Below, one piece after another: positions 44,212 to 52,857 of a stretch of DNA of 64,000 nt. Under the pieces are notes generated by a model. That model did not search any database, was not told the origin of the DNA, and saw only the letters and a program-made list of their open reading frames with translations. The position numbers and the translations under genes were made by a program. How positions within the stretch are numbered: the first letter of the stretch is position 1; every line of letters starts with the position of its first letter. The DNA comes from Candidatus Uhrbacteria bacterium (GTDB lineage Bacteria; Patescibacteriota; Patescibacteriia; GWA2-47-26), in the NCBI GenBank assembly GCA_016187515.1, contig JACPJN010000008.1, forward strand, positions 4,525 to 68,524, written 5' to 3'.

Positions 44212-46200
44212 ATGGCCATACCTTACGCGCGGGATTTGAATCGCGAACAATTAGCAGTGGTGCAAGGGGGCGACGGCCCCTGTTTGGTCTTGGCCGGAGC
44301 CGGAACCGGAAAGACGCGCACCATTACCTATCGGGTCGCGTATTTACTGGAGCAGGGGGTGGCGCCCGGGCGCATTCTGCTCGTAACTTTTACCAACAAA
44401 GCCGCGCGGGAAATGCTCCGCAGGGTGGAACTCTTGATGGGTGCCCGGCCGCAAGGGCTCTGGGGCGGGACCTTTCACCATGTGGGTCACGCGCTCCTGC
44501 GCCGTTACGGGTCGCGCATCGGAATTCCGCCGTCATTTACAATTTTGGACGCGGATGACAATGCCGAATTGCTGAAAGCCGTAATGGCGGCCAGCGGCCG
44601 CGGTAAAAAAAGTGATCAGTACTTTCCGGCGCCGGACGTGGTGGAAAATCTGATCAGTTTCGCGGCCAATAGCGGACGTCCGCTGCCGGAGCTTATTTTA
44701 GAGTGGCTGCCGCGGCATGCTGATAAAACTCCGGAACTGCTGCGTATCGCGGCCGCTTATGAGCAAAGAAAACGTGAGCGGAATGTCGTCAGTTTTGATG
44801 ATCTCTTGGCTTTTTGGCTGCGCATTTTACGGGAGCGTCCGGAAGTGCGTGAAAAGCTGGGCGGAAAATTTGACTACATCTTAATTGATGAATATCAAGA
44901 TACGAATCGCCTGCAAGGGATGATTGTGGAGGAATTGGCGCGGGGCGCGAAAAATGTTTTGGTCGTCGGCGATGACGCCCAGTCCATCTATGCTTTCCGC
45001 GCCGCCACGGTTGAAAATATTATGCGCTTTCCGGAGGTCTTTCCCGGAGCGCGAACCTTCCGGCTGGTGCAGAATTATCGTTCCACCCAGGCGATTTTGG
45101 ATCTTGCCAATGCCGTAATTATTTGCAATCGCCGGCAGTTTGAAAAAGAACTGCGTACCGTGCGTGGCCGCGGATCTACACCGGAGCTCATCGGCTGCGC
45201 GGATAATCGCGAGGAAGCCCGATTTATTGTTGATCGCGTGCTGGAATTTCATAGTGAAGGCGAAACACTTTTGGAGAGCGCGGTATTATTCCGAGCCGCG
45301 TATCATGGCATGCAGATTGAACTGGAACTTCAAAAACGCGGCGTGCCCTACATTATTCGGGGCGGAATTCGGTTTTTTGAGCAGGCGCACATTAAGGATG
45401 TGGTGGCGTATTTGCGCGTGGTCGCCAATCCGCTAGACGAATTAGCGTGGCAGCGCATGCTTAAAATGGAAGAGGGGATCGGCGATAAAACGGCGGCAGT
45501 GATTGTAGAAAAGTTGATTCATAACGCCCCCCCGCCCCCTCTTACCTTAAGAGGGGGAGCGGCTGACAATCCTCCCCTTAAGATAAGGGGAGGTGCAGGA
45601 GGGGTTATGAAAAGCGAAGCAGGATTAGCAAAGGTGCTCCGGCGCGTGGATCACCTTAAGACCGTGCCGCAGGTTGATAAAATGATTTCGTATGTGCTGG
45701 AGGCGTTTTATGCGGATTATGCTCAAGCGCAGTTCGAAAATGCGACGGAGCGGCTGGAGGATCTTGAGCAACTGGCCTTGTTTGCGGCCTCCTATGAAAA
45801 ATTGGAGGAATTTTTAGCCGATGCGACGCTTTCGGAAGGATTTCGCGGTGATCGCGCCGCGGCAACGCCGCAGGATGCGGATAAAGAATATCTGGTGCTC
45901 TCGACCATCCATCAGGCCAAAGGTCTGGAATGGAAAAATGTATTTGTGGTCGGACTGGTTGACGGACAATTTCCGCATCACAAATCCCGCGCGCGCCGCG
46001 AGGAGCTGGAAGAAGAACGCCGTTTATTTTATGTGGCGATTACCCGCGCGCGGGAGCGGCTCTACTTAACTTATCCGCTAACAAGCTTAGCGGCGCTGGG
46101 AACCGCGATACACCAGCCGTCGCTGTTTGTGCGCGAACTTGATCCGGAATTATATCAAGAGATCCGGAATGAGGAAACCGTGATTGAATATGCGGACTAA
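44212..46200 (+). CDS. pcrA: ATP-dependent DNA helicase PcrA/UvrD family with an in-frame palindromic element insertion (45520-45609)
   Basis: Walker A AGAGTGKTRT, motifs TFTNKAAREM, DEYQDTN, and a C-terminal UvrD domain. Insertion encodes HNAPPPPLTLRGGAADNPPLKIRGGAGGVM. Confidence 0.85.
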   Translation: MAIPYARDLNREQLAVVQGGDGPCLVLAGAGTGKTRTITYRVAYLLEQGVAPGRILLVTFTNKAAREMLRRVELLMGARPQGLWGGTFHHVGHALLRRYGSRIGIPPSFTILDADDNAELLKAVMAASGRGKKSDQYFPAPDVVENLISFAANSGRPLPELILEWLPRHADKTPELLRIAAAYEQRKRERNVVSFDDLLAFWLRILRERPEVREKLGGKFDYILIDEYQDTNRLQGMIVEELARGAKNVLVVGDDAQSIYAFRAATVENIMRFPEVFPGARTFRLVQNYRSTQAILDLANAVIICNRRQFEKELRTVRGRGSTPELIGCADNREEARFIVDRVLEFHSEGETLLESAVLFRAAYHGMQIELELQKRGVPYIIRGGIRFFEQAHIKDVVAYLRVVANPLDELAWQRMLKMEEGIGDKTAAVIVEKLIHNAPPPPLTLRGGAADNPPLKIRGGAGGVMKSEAGLAKVLRRVDHLKTVPQVDKMISYVLEAFYADYAQAQFENATERLEDLEQLALFAASYEKLEEFLADATLSEGFRGDRAAATPQDADKEYLVLSTIHQAKGLEWKNVFVVGLVDGQFPHHKSRARREELEEERRLFYVAITRARERLYLTYPLTSLAALGTAIHQPSLFVRELDPELYQEIRNEETVIEYAD

Positions 46201-47494
46201 GCCAACCGTTTATCTTGACCATGCGGCGGCAACGCCGCTGGATCCGCGCGTGGCGGAAGCAATGGTGCCATACTTACGCGCAGAATATGGCAATCCATCC
46301 GCGCTTTACGCACTGGGACGTGCCGCACGCGAGGCAGTGGATAACGCGCGGGAGACCGTGGCGCGCATTTTGAATTGCCGCGCGGCGGAGATTGTATTTA
46401 CCGGCAGTGGAACCGAGTCGGACAATTTGGCGGTGTTTGGCGTGGCAAAAAACTACGCACATAACTCACCCCATCCCTCCCTTACCTCCGACGCCCTGAA
46501 GGGTCGGAGTCCGACCGAAGCGTCGGACTTAGGGGAGGGGGCCGATACAAATACCCCCCTTAGGGTAAGGGGGGGCAGGGGGGTTACGAAGGGCCACCTT
46601 ATCACCACCGCCATTGAACACCATGCCGTGCTCAATCCCTGCCGCGCGCTTGAAAAAGAGGACTATGCAGTAACTTATTTGAAAGTGGAACATGATGGAT
46701 TGATAACCCCGGAGCAACTTAGAGCCGCAATTCGGCCGGACACCGTGTTAATCTCAATAATGTATGCAAATAACGAGATCGGCACCATTGAGCCAATCGC
46801 GGCGCTGACCCGCGCGGTACGGGCGTGGAAAAAAGAACACGGTAGAAAGGAAAACGACCCGCCGTTTTTTCACACGGACGCGTGTCAGGCCGCCGGATAT
46901 CTGGACATGGATGTGGGGCGACTGGGTGTGGACTTGCTCACACTGAATGCCAGTAAAATCTACGGCCCAAAAGGTGTGGGAGCATTGTATGTGCGGCGAG
47001 GAATAAAATTGCAACCGTGCATTTACGGCGGCGGACAAGAGTTTGGGTTGCGCTCCGGCACAGAAAACGTGGCGGCGATTGTGGGGATGGGGAAGGCGCT
47101 GGAGTTGGTGGTGAGATTAAGAGACCAAGAGATTAAGAGATTAAGTGGGTTGCGGGATCGGTTGATTGCGGGGATTTTGGCGCGTGTGGAAGGTGCGGAA
47201 TTGAATGGACACCCCACGCAACGCCTGCCCAATAATGTGAATATCTCAATTTCCGGCATTGAGGGCGAGGCCATGCTATTCTATTTGGATGAACATGGAA
47301 TCTCGGCCGCTACCGGTTCGGCTTGCGAGTCCGCCGGTCCGGATCCATCGCATGTTGTTCAGGCGCTAGGAAAATCCCGCGACGCCGCGCGATCCAGTAT
47401 TCGCTTTACCCTGGGGCGCGGGACAATGAAGGACGACGTTGAGTATGTGTTGGAGGTATTACCGGGAATAGTTCAAAAATTGCGCCACAAATAA
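46184..47494 (+). CDS. cysteine desulfurase (NifS/IscS/class V aminotransferase) with a 128-nt in-frame composite palindromic insertion (46460-46587)
   Basis: LDHAAATPLDPRV N-terminus and the PLP-lysine region NASKIYGPKGVGALYVRR. Insertion encodes HNSPHPSLTSDALKGRSPTEASDLGEGADTNTPLRVRGGRGVT. Confidence 0.8.
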   Translation: MNMRTKPTVYLDHAAATPLDPRVAEAMVPYLRAEYGNPSALYALGRAAREAVDNARETVARILNCRAAEIVFTGSGTESDNLAVFGVAKNYAHNSPHPSLTSDALKGRSPTEASDLGEGADTNTPLRVRGGRGVTKGHLITTAIEHHAVLNPCRALEKEDYAVTYLKVEHDGLITPEQLRAAIRPDTVLISIMYANNEIGTIEPIAALTRAVRAWKKEHGRKENDPPFFHTDACQAAGYLDMDVGRLGVDLLTLNASKIYGPKGVGALYVRRGIKLQPCIYGGGQEFGLRSGTENVAAIVGMGKALELVVRLRDQEIKRLSGLRDRLIAGILARVEGAELNGHPTQRLPNNVNISISGIEGEAMLFYLDEHGISAATGSACESAGPDPSHVVQALGKSRDAARSSIRFTLGRGTMKDDVEYVLEVLPGIVQKLRHK

Positions 47495-47602
47495 TTTGTA
47501 ACGATTGTTCAACGGTCTCAACTGTGCGGGTTTGACGCGGTTTTTTTGTTATGATACATTAAAATCAGAAGGAAGTTCTTTCAATAAACCGAGGAGGCCA
47601 AC

Positions 47603-47743
47603 ATGAACAGTTGGGAAGTGGCACCAGTAGCCGTGCTTGCCAGCACGCTCGTAATTGTCGTGTTTCTGGCGGTCGGTATTGCCGCGTGGGAGGCGCATGG
47701 GTGGTGGGAACGTCGGAAACAGCGGCGTGCGGGATGGAACTGA
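47603..47743 (+). CDS. small membrane protein (46 aa, one TM) with strong SD GAGGAGG
   Basis: SD 8 nt upstream. TM helix VAVLASTLVIVVFLAVGIAAW. GC-rich local composition. Confidence 0.3.
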   Translation: MNSWEVAPVAVLASTLVIVVFLAVGIAAWEAHGWWERRKQRRAGWN

Positions 47744-47758
47744 ATCTCGGAGGCGATC

Positions 47759-47986
47759 ATGACTGAAAAACAATGGATGCGGGTACGCGGTCCGATCTTT
47801 CTCATGATGCTCGGCGGATTGATCTGGGGGATCATCAAGATCCAACTGGGTCCACATCGCGAGATCTTCCGGAGCTTTCTGTGGGAGACGATGGTTGTGT
47901 TAGCCCTGGTGTTCGCACTATTGAACGTTCCGTTAACCTTGCTCGCGTGGCACGAGGCAAAGCGGCGCACGGCGCGGCAAATTTAG
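47759..47986 (+). CDS. small membrane protein (75 aa, two TM) with SD GGAGG; overlaps the previous ORF region (16-nt gap)
   Basis: SD plus hydrophobic helices. Same GC-rich mini-island. Confidence 0.3.
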   Translation: MTEKQWMRVRGPIFLMMLGGLIWGIIKIQLGPHREIFRSFLWETMVVLALVFALLNVPLTLLAWHEAKRRTARQI

Positions 47987-48113
47987 CCATGTACCTTCGA
48001 ACAGTCGGTTCTCTCGCGGAGCCGGCTCTTTTCTTTTTTTGTGAAATTTGGTAGTGTGTTGGCATAACCCCTCCTCGCCTCCCCTTACCTTAAGGGGAGG
48101 AAATTGTTAGAGT

Positions 48114-49337
48114 ATGCAGCAGGTCTATGTAGTGCATTATCATGAAATCGCCTTAAAGGGCCGGAATCGGCCGGATTTTTTGCGGCAGCTGCAGGAAAAT
48201 ATTTGCCGGGCAACCGGGCTTCGGAAGGGGAGTGTGAAGATTGTGTCGGGGCGGCTACTGGTGCGACCCCCTCTTAATCTCCCCCTTGAAAAGGGGGAGA
48301 AAATTGTTCGCGCATTGCAACGGACGTTTGGGATTTCTTCGTTTTCACCGGCGGCGCTTGTTAAGGCGGAGTATGGAGAGATTGTGCAAGCAGTAAAAAG
48401 CTCCATAGTTCCAAGTATGGAACTTTTTACCAAGTGGAATACTTTTGCAATTAGAGCCACGCGCGGGGATAAAGAGTTTTCCCTGACCTCTAAGGAAATT
48501 GAAGTCAAGCTAGGAGATTTTGTGCGTGAAAAGTTTAAGAAAAAAGTGGATCTTGAAAGTCCGGATGTTACATTTTATGTTGAAGTTTTTTCCGCCAAAG
48601 GCGGATCCGCCTCGGGAGGACCCGGTGGCGCCGTGGTGTATACCGAAAAAATTCCTGGTCCGGGCGGTCTGCCGGTTGGCACGCAGGGAAAAGCGGCCGT
48701 GATGCTCTCGGGCGGCATTGATTCGCCAGTGGCCGCCTATCGCATATTAAAACGCGGCGCACCGATTGTGGGTGTGCATTTTCATAGTTACCCATTTACT
48801 TCTCGCGCTTCAATTGATAAAGTAAAAGAGCTGGCCGGAGTACTGGCGCGATATGGCGGCCCATTTAAATTGTTCCTGGTCCCGCTTACCGACGCGCAAA
48901 AAGCCGTAATACAGAATTGCGAGGAACGTTATCGCGTGCTGCTATATCGGCGGCTGATGGTGCGGATTGCGCAGGAACTGGCGCGCCACGAAGGCGCGCA
49001 AGCGTTGGTTACCGGGGAAGCGCTCGGGCAAGTCGCTTCGCAGACCATTGAAAACATCGGGGTAACGGACGCGGCCGCAACACTGCTCATCCTGCGCCCG
49101 CTTATCGGCTATGACAAAGAGGAAATCATCGCGGAGGCAAAACGCATCGGCACGTACGAAATTTCCATCCTGCCGCATGATGATTGCTGTACCATAATGA
49201 TGCCGAAAAATCCCGCTACCCGGGCGCGGCTTTCGGATGTGGAGCGAGAAGAAGTAAAGTTGGAGGTGAGTCGTCTTATTGATAACGCATTAGAATGCGC
49301 AGAACTCATAACCCTCCCCAGCCCTCCCTTATCTTAA
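48114..49337 (+). CDS. thiI: tRNA 4-thiouridine synthase ThiI (THUMP + PP-loop) carrying three repeat insertions
   Basis: PP-loop SGGIDSPVAAY. Insertions: 48265-48305 (PPLNLPLEKGEKI), 48595-48625 (GGSASGG mini-palindrome), and the last 10 codons plus stop lie inside element 49307-49394. Confidence 0.8.
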   Translation: MQQVYVVHYHEIALKGRNRPDFLRQLQENICRATGLRKGSVKIVSGRLLVRPPLNLPLEKGEKIVRALQRTFGISSFSPAALVKAEYGEIVQAVKSSIVPSMELFTKWNTFAIRATRGDKEFSLTSKEIEVKLGDFVREKFKKKVDLESPDVTFYVEVFSAKGGSASGGPGGAVVYTEKIPGPGGLPVGTQGKAAVMLSGGIDSPVAAYRILKRGAPIVGVHFHSYPFTSRASIDKVKELAGVLARYGGPFKLFLVPLTDAQKAVIQNCEERYRVLLYRRLMVRIAQELARHEGAQALVTGEALGQVASQTIENIGVTDAAATLLILRPLIGYDKEEIIAEAKRIGTYEISILPHDDCCTIMMPKNPATRARLSDVEREEVKLEVSRLIDNALECAELITLPSPPLS

Positions 49338-49401
49338 GGGAGGGAGACGATCGCGATCCCCCTCTTAAGGTACGAGGGGGTAGGGGGAGTTATGAATTAA
49401 T

Positions 49402-50085
49402 ATGTCAAATTTCTATATTGTTGCCACTCCCATCGGCAATCTTGAGGATATTACCTTGCGGGCGCTTCGCGTGCTTAAGGAAGTGGATTTTATCATTTGT
49501 GAAGACACGCGGGTAACCAGCAAATTACTGGCGCGTTATGAGATAAAAAAGCCGCTGGTCAGTTATTTTCAGCATAGTCAACTCTCGCGCGTGGATGAAA
49601 TTATCGCCCGGCTTCGCCGGGGTGAAAATGCGGCGCTGGTTACCGATGCCGGAACGCCGGGAATTTCTGATCCGGGCGGCGTACTCATCAGGCAAATTAA
49701 CCAATTAACTAATCAACTAATTAACATCGTTCCCATTCCCGGTCCCTCGGCATTGACGGCGGCGCTTTCCATCTCCGGTTTTCCCACGGACAAATTTTTA
49801 TTCCTGGGTTTTCCGCCGCATAAAAAAGGACGGCAGAAGTTTTGGCAGCGCGTGGCAGAGAGTGAGGAAACCACAGTATTCTACGAATCCCCGCATCGCA
49901 TCTTGAAGTCGCTCAATGAACTCAAAAATAACTTAATAACTCAATCACATAATAACCCGATCGTCGTCTGCCGCGAACTGACCAAGATGTTTGAATCCAT
50001 ATATCGTGGTACAATGGAAGAAGTGCTTGAAAAAGCACAGCGCGATCCGATAAAAGGGGAATATGTCGTTGTGATAGGTAAGTAG
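49402..50085 (+). CDS. rsmI: 16S rRNA (cytidine1402-2'-O)-methyltransferase RsmI
   Basis: MSNFYIVATPIGNLEDITLRALRVLKEVDFIICEDTR tetrapyrrole-methylase-fold N-terminus. Small low-complexity insertion INQLTNQLIN encoded by AATTAAC-type repeats. Confidence 0.8.
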   Translation: MSNFYIVATPIGNLEDITLRALRVLKEVDFIICEDTRVTSKLLARYEIKKPLVSYFQHSQLSRVDEIIARLRRGENAALVTDAGTPGISDPGGVLIRQINQLTNQLINIVPIPGPSALTAALSISGFPTDKFLFLGFPPHKKGRQKFWQRVAESEETTVFYESPHRILKSLNELKNNLITQSHNNPIVVCRELTKMFESIYRGTMEEVLEKAQRDPIKGEYVVVIGK

Positions 50086-50094
50086 CAAATGAAA

Positions 50095-50515
50095 AAGCCG
50101 AGCAGGCGCCTGCTCGGCCCGGAGTTGGAGCGCTGTCGGTCGGGGGTACCAACCAACAGTCCCATGGATGCTCCGTCTCCTTAGGGACGTGTTTCGCCCG
50201 CGCGTCGTCATGGGGGCGACGGCCGCGCGTAACGCCACACGAACCCTATCGGAACAAGAGGGCCCGCAACTCGTACTGCGCCGGACGCCGTGGTGATGGC
50301 GAGGGGAGCGCGATCCACAGCGCCTCGGCAGCTAACGAGTTTTGGGCCCAAGGTAGAGGGCTGGTACTCCACCGGTTCAGGGTCGCCGGGGGTGGTTGGC
50401 GGCCTAGGGTACCGGCAGAGTACCAAGCCCGGCAGGAGATGGTGGTATCGCTCCACCGCATGTGGGATAGAATACCCACATTCTGCGTAACAGTCCCCTG
50501 AAAGTACTATACACA
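50095..50515 (-). ncRNA. candidate structured ncRNA (~400 nt, ~60% GC) ending in a minus-strand rho-independent terminator (GCCGAGCAGGCGCCTGCTCGGC + TTTTTC at 50091-50122); identity undetermined
   Basis: Long GC-rich non-coding gap between rsmI and metG in an otherwise tightly packed region. Perfect 9-bp-stem hairpin followed by a T-run on the minus strand. No conserved RNase P / tmRNA / SRP / T-box motifs recognised by eye. Confidence 0.3.
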
Positions 50516-50524
50516 CTAAATCAT

Positions 50525-52240
50525 ATGCTCAAAAAGTTGTCAAGTACAGGCAAGAAATTCTATATCACAACTCCAATTTACTACGTCAACGACGTGCCGC
50601 ATATTGGGCATGCGTATACGACGATTGCGGCGGATGTGTTGGCGCGGTATTATCGGGCGCGCGGCGAGCCGGTGCGTTTTTTGTGCGGCACGGATGAGAA
50701 CGCGCAGAAGAATGTGGAGGCGGCGTTGCGACACACCCCCTCTAACTCCCCCTCGGAAAGGGGGAGAAAACAATTTCCTCCCCTTTTGAAGGGGAGGTTA
50801 GGAGGGGTCCGTGAAGTTGTCCAGCAGTACGTTGATGAAATGTCGGCGAAGTGGCAGCGCACGTGGGACGAGCTCCAGATTTCCAATGACGATTTTATCC
50901 GCACTACCGAGCCGCGGCATGTAAAATATGTGGAGAAATTTTGGGGCCTGGTAAAAAAGGGCGATATTTATAAAGGCCAGTACGAGGGTCTGTATTGTAC
51001 CGGTTGTGAAGCGTACAAAACCGAAACCGAACTTGTAAAAGGCAAGTGCCCGGATCATAATCGCGCGCCGGAAAAATTAAGCGAGGAAAATTATTTTTTC
51101 AAACTTTCCGCGTATCGCAAAAAATTGTTAGCGCATATTAAAAAGCATCCCGAATTTATTCAGCCCGAAGCGCGGCGCAATGAAGTAACGGCGTATATTC
51201 GCGACCACACGGCGGATTTCAGCATTTCGCGAAAAAATTTGGAGTGGGGGATTCCGGTTCCGGGCGATCCGTCGCAGACGATCTATGTCTGGTTTGACGC
51301 GCTGCTCAACTACATTAGTGCAGTAACTCCCTCACCCCCTCCTCAATCCTCCCCCATCAAGGGGGAGGAAGAAAAAGGAAGTTCCCCTCCCCTTGTGGGA
51401 GGGGTTAGGGGAGGGGTCAATGGTGAGGGGTGGTGGCCGGCGGATTTGCATCTGGTTGGCAAAGACATAATCAAATTTCACTGCGCCTACTGGCCGGCCA
51501 TGCTAATGTCAGCCGGACTTCCGCTTCCACGAACAATTTTTGCGCATGGATTTTTCACCGTGGATGGCCAGAAAATGAGCAAAACCATCGGCAATGTTGT
51601 TGATCCGGTGGCAATGGCGAAAAAATATGGTAATGACGTTTTGCGTTATTATTTAATGCGTGAAATTCCGTTTGGCGGAGATGGAGATTTTTCCGAAGCG
51701 CGTTTACGGGAGCGCTACAATGGCGAGCTGGCCAACGGGCTTGGAAATTTGGTGGCGCGAGTATTGACGATGGTGGAGAAGTACAGTGAAGGTGTGGTTC
51801 ATAACCCCTCCCAACCTCCCCTTACCTTAAGGGGAAGAGACGATCGCGTACCCCCTCTTAAGGTAAGAGGGGGCGAGGGGGAGTTATGGCAACAATACGA
51901 ATCCCACATGGCACAATATCAGCTTGACCGCGCGCTAGACACGGTGTGGAAATTTATTAGCGCACTGGACGCTTTGATTGATCAGGAACAGCCGTGGAAA
52001 TTGGCAAAACATGACAAAGAGCGCCTTAATATGGTATTATATACTTTAGCCGAGAATTTACGTCACATCGCTTGGATGCTCCTGCCTTTTATGCCGGAGA
52101 CCGCGGGAAAGATCTTTGAACAACTTGGTGTGCCACGCGAGACCTCCGAACGCACGTATGAACAGGCAAAAGAATGGGGCGGCCTCAAATCCGGCACAAA
52201 AATCGAGCGAGGAGATTCCTTATTTCCACGATTAATATAA
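50525..52240 (+). CDS. metG: methionyl-tRNA synthetase with three in-frame palindromic element insertions (50733-50810, 51323-51432, 51800-51888)
   Basis: HIGH motif (VPHIGHAYT), KMSKS (KMSKTIGN), zinc knuckle CTGCEAYKTETELVKGKCPDH. Insertions encode TPSNSPSERGRKQFPPLLKGRLGGV, a Pro/Gly-rich 35-aa segment, and HNPSQPPLTLRGRDDRVPPLKVRGGEGEL. Confidence 0.9.
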   Translation: MLKKLSSTGKKFYITTPIYYVNDVPHIGHAYTTIAADVLARYYRARGEPVRFLCGTDENAQKNVEAALRHTPSNSPSERGRKQFPPLLKGRLGGVREVVQQYVDEMSAKWQRTWDELQISNDDFIRTTEPRHVKYVEKFWGLVKKGDIYKGQYEGLYCTGCEAYKTETELVKGKCPDHNRAPEKLSEENYFFKLSAYRKKLLAHIKKHPEFIQPEARRNEVTAYIRDHTADFSISRKNLEWGIPVPGDPSQTIYVWFDALLNYISAVTPSPPPQSSPIKGEEEKGSSPPLVGGVRGGVNGEGWWPADLHLVGKDIIKFHCAYWPAMLMSAGLPLPRTIFAHGFFTVDGQKMSKTIGNVVDPVAMAKKYGNDVLRYYLMREIPFGGDGDFSEARLRERYNGELANGLGNLVARVLTMVEKYSEGVVHNPSQPPLTLRGRDDRVPPLKVRGGEGELWQQYESHMAQYQLDRALDTVWKFISALDALIDQEQPWKLAKHDKERLNMVLYTLAENLRHIAWMLLPFMPETAGKIFEQLGVPRETSERTYEQAKEWGGLKSGTKIERGDSLFPRLI

Positions 52241-52350
52241 TTCAATAAAACTCCTCCCCTTAAGATAAGGGGAGGTTGGGAGGGGTTATGACAATTGACA
52301 TAACTCCCCCTGCCCCCTCTTACCTTAAGAGGGGGGATGCATTGGCAAAT

Positions 52351-52851
52351 ATGATCACCCCTTTTGACCTCATTCTCATTCTTATCGTGTTCTCCTTCGT
52401 CCTTTTCGGACTTTGGTTTGGTCTGATTCACGCCATTGGCGGACTGCTCGGTACGATTGTTGGCGCGGTGGTCGCTTCCAAATATTACCGAAAATGGGGA
52501 ACCACCAATCTTGGACAAGTAGTTTCTTTTATCGTGCTGTTTACGTTAAGCAGTCGGCTGACCGGTTTTGTTTTTTATGGAATTGAAAAAGCGCTCAAGC
52601 TTGCCAATATCTTGCCTGGAATTAAAACCATCAATCGGTTGGCCGGCGGTATCCTTGGGCTGGTGGAGGGAGTAATTGTAGTGGGAGTGGCGCTGGCCTT
52701 TGCGACCCGTTTTCCTTTTCCGCTTTTAATCACCGCAGTCGGCCGTTCGGAAATGGCGCAATTTTTAATCGGAGTTGGCGCGTCCGTAATTCCATATTTC
52801 CCACGGTTACTAGAGCAGATTCAAGGAGCTTCCCGCGTCTTGCCCGAGTAA
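52351..52851 (+). CDS. cvpA: CvpA-family membrane protein; start uncertain (the ORF track begins inside repeat element 52251-52336)
   Basis: MITPFDLILILIVFSFVLFGLWFGLIHAIGGLLG is typical of the CvpA N-terminus. Four TM helices. Confidence 0.5.
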   Translation: MITPFDLILILIVFSFVLFGLWFGLIHAIGGLLGTIVGAVVASKYYRKWGTTNLGQVVSFIVLFTLSSRLTGFVFYGIEKALKLANILPGIKTINRLAGGILGLVEGVIVVGVALAFATRFPFPLLITAVGRSEMAQFLIGVGASVIPYFPRLLEQIQGASRVLPE

Positions 52852-52857
52852 GCGGTT

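Noticed and set aside
49690-49725. AATTAAC-type repeat tract inside rsmI as a separate mobile element
   Set aside because: It is very short and encodes a simple INQLTNQLIN linker. Insufficient evidence beyond low complexity, so it is noted only within the rsmI feature.
50091-50520. T-box riboswitch leader for metG
   Set aside because: No convincing T-box consensus (AGGGTGGNACCGCG), no specifier-loop/antiterminator arrangement, and no terminator immediately before the metG start. The only clear terminator is on the opposite strand.
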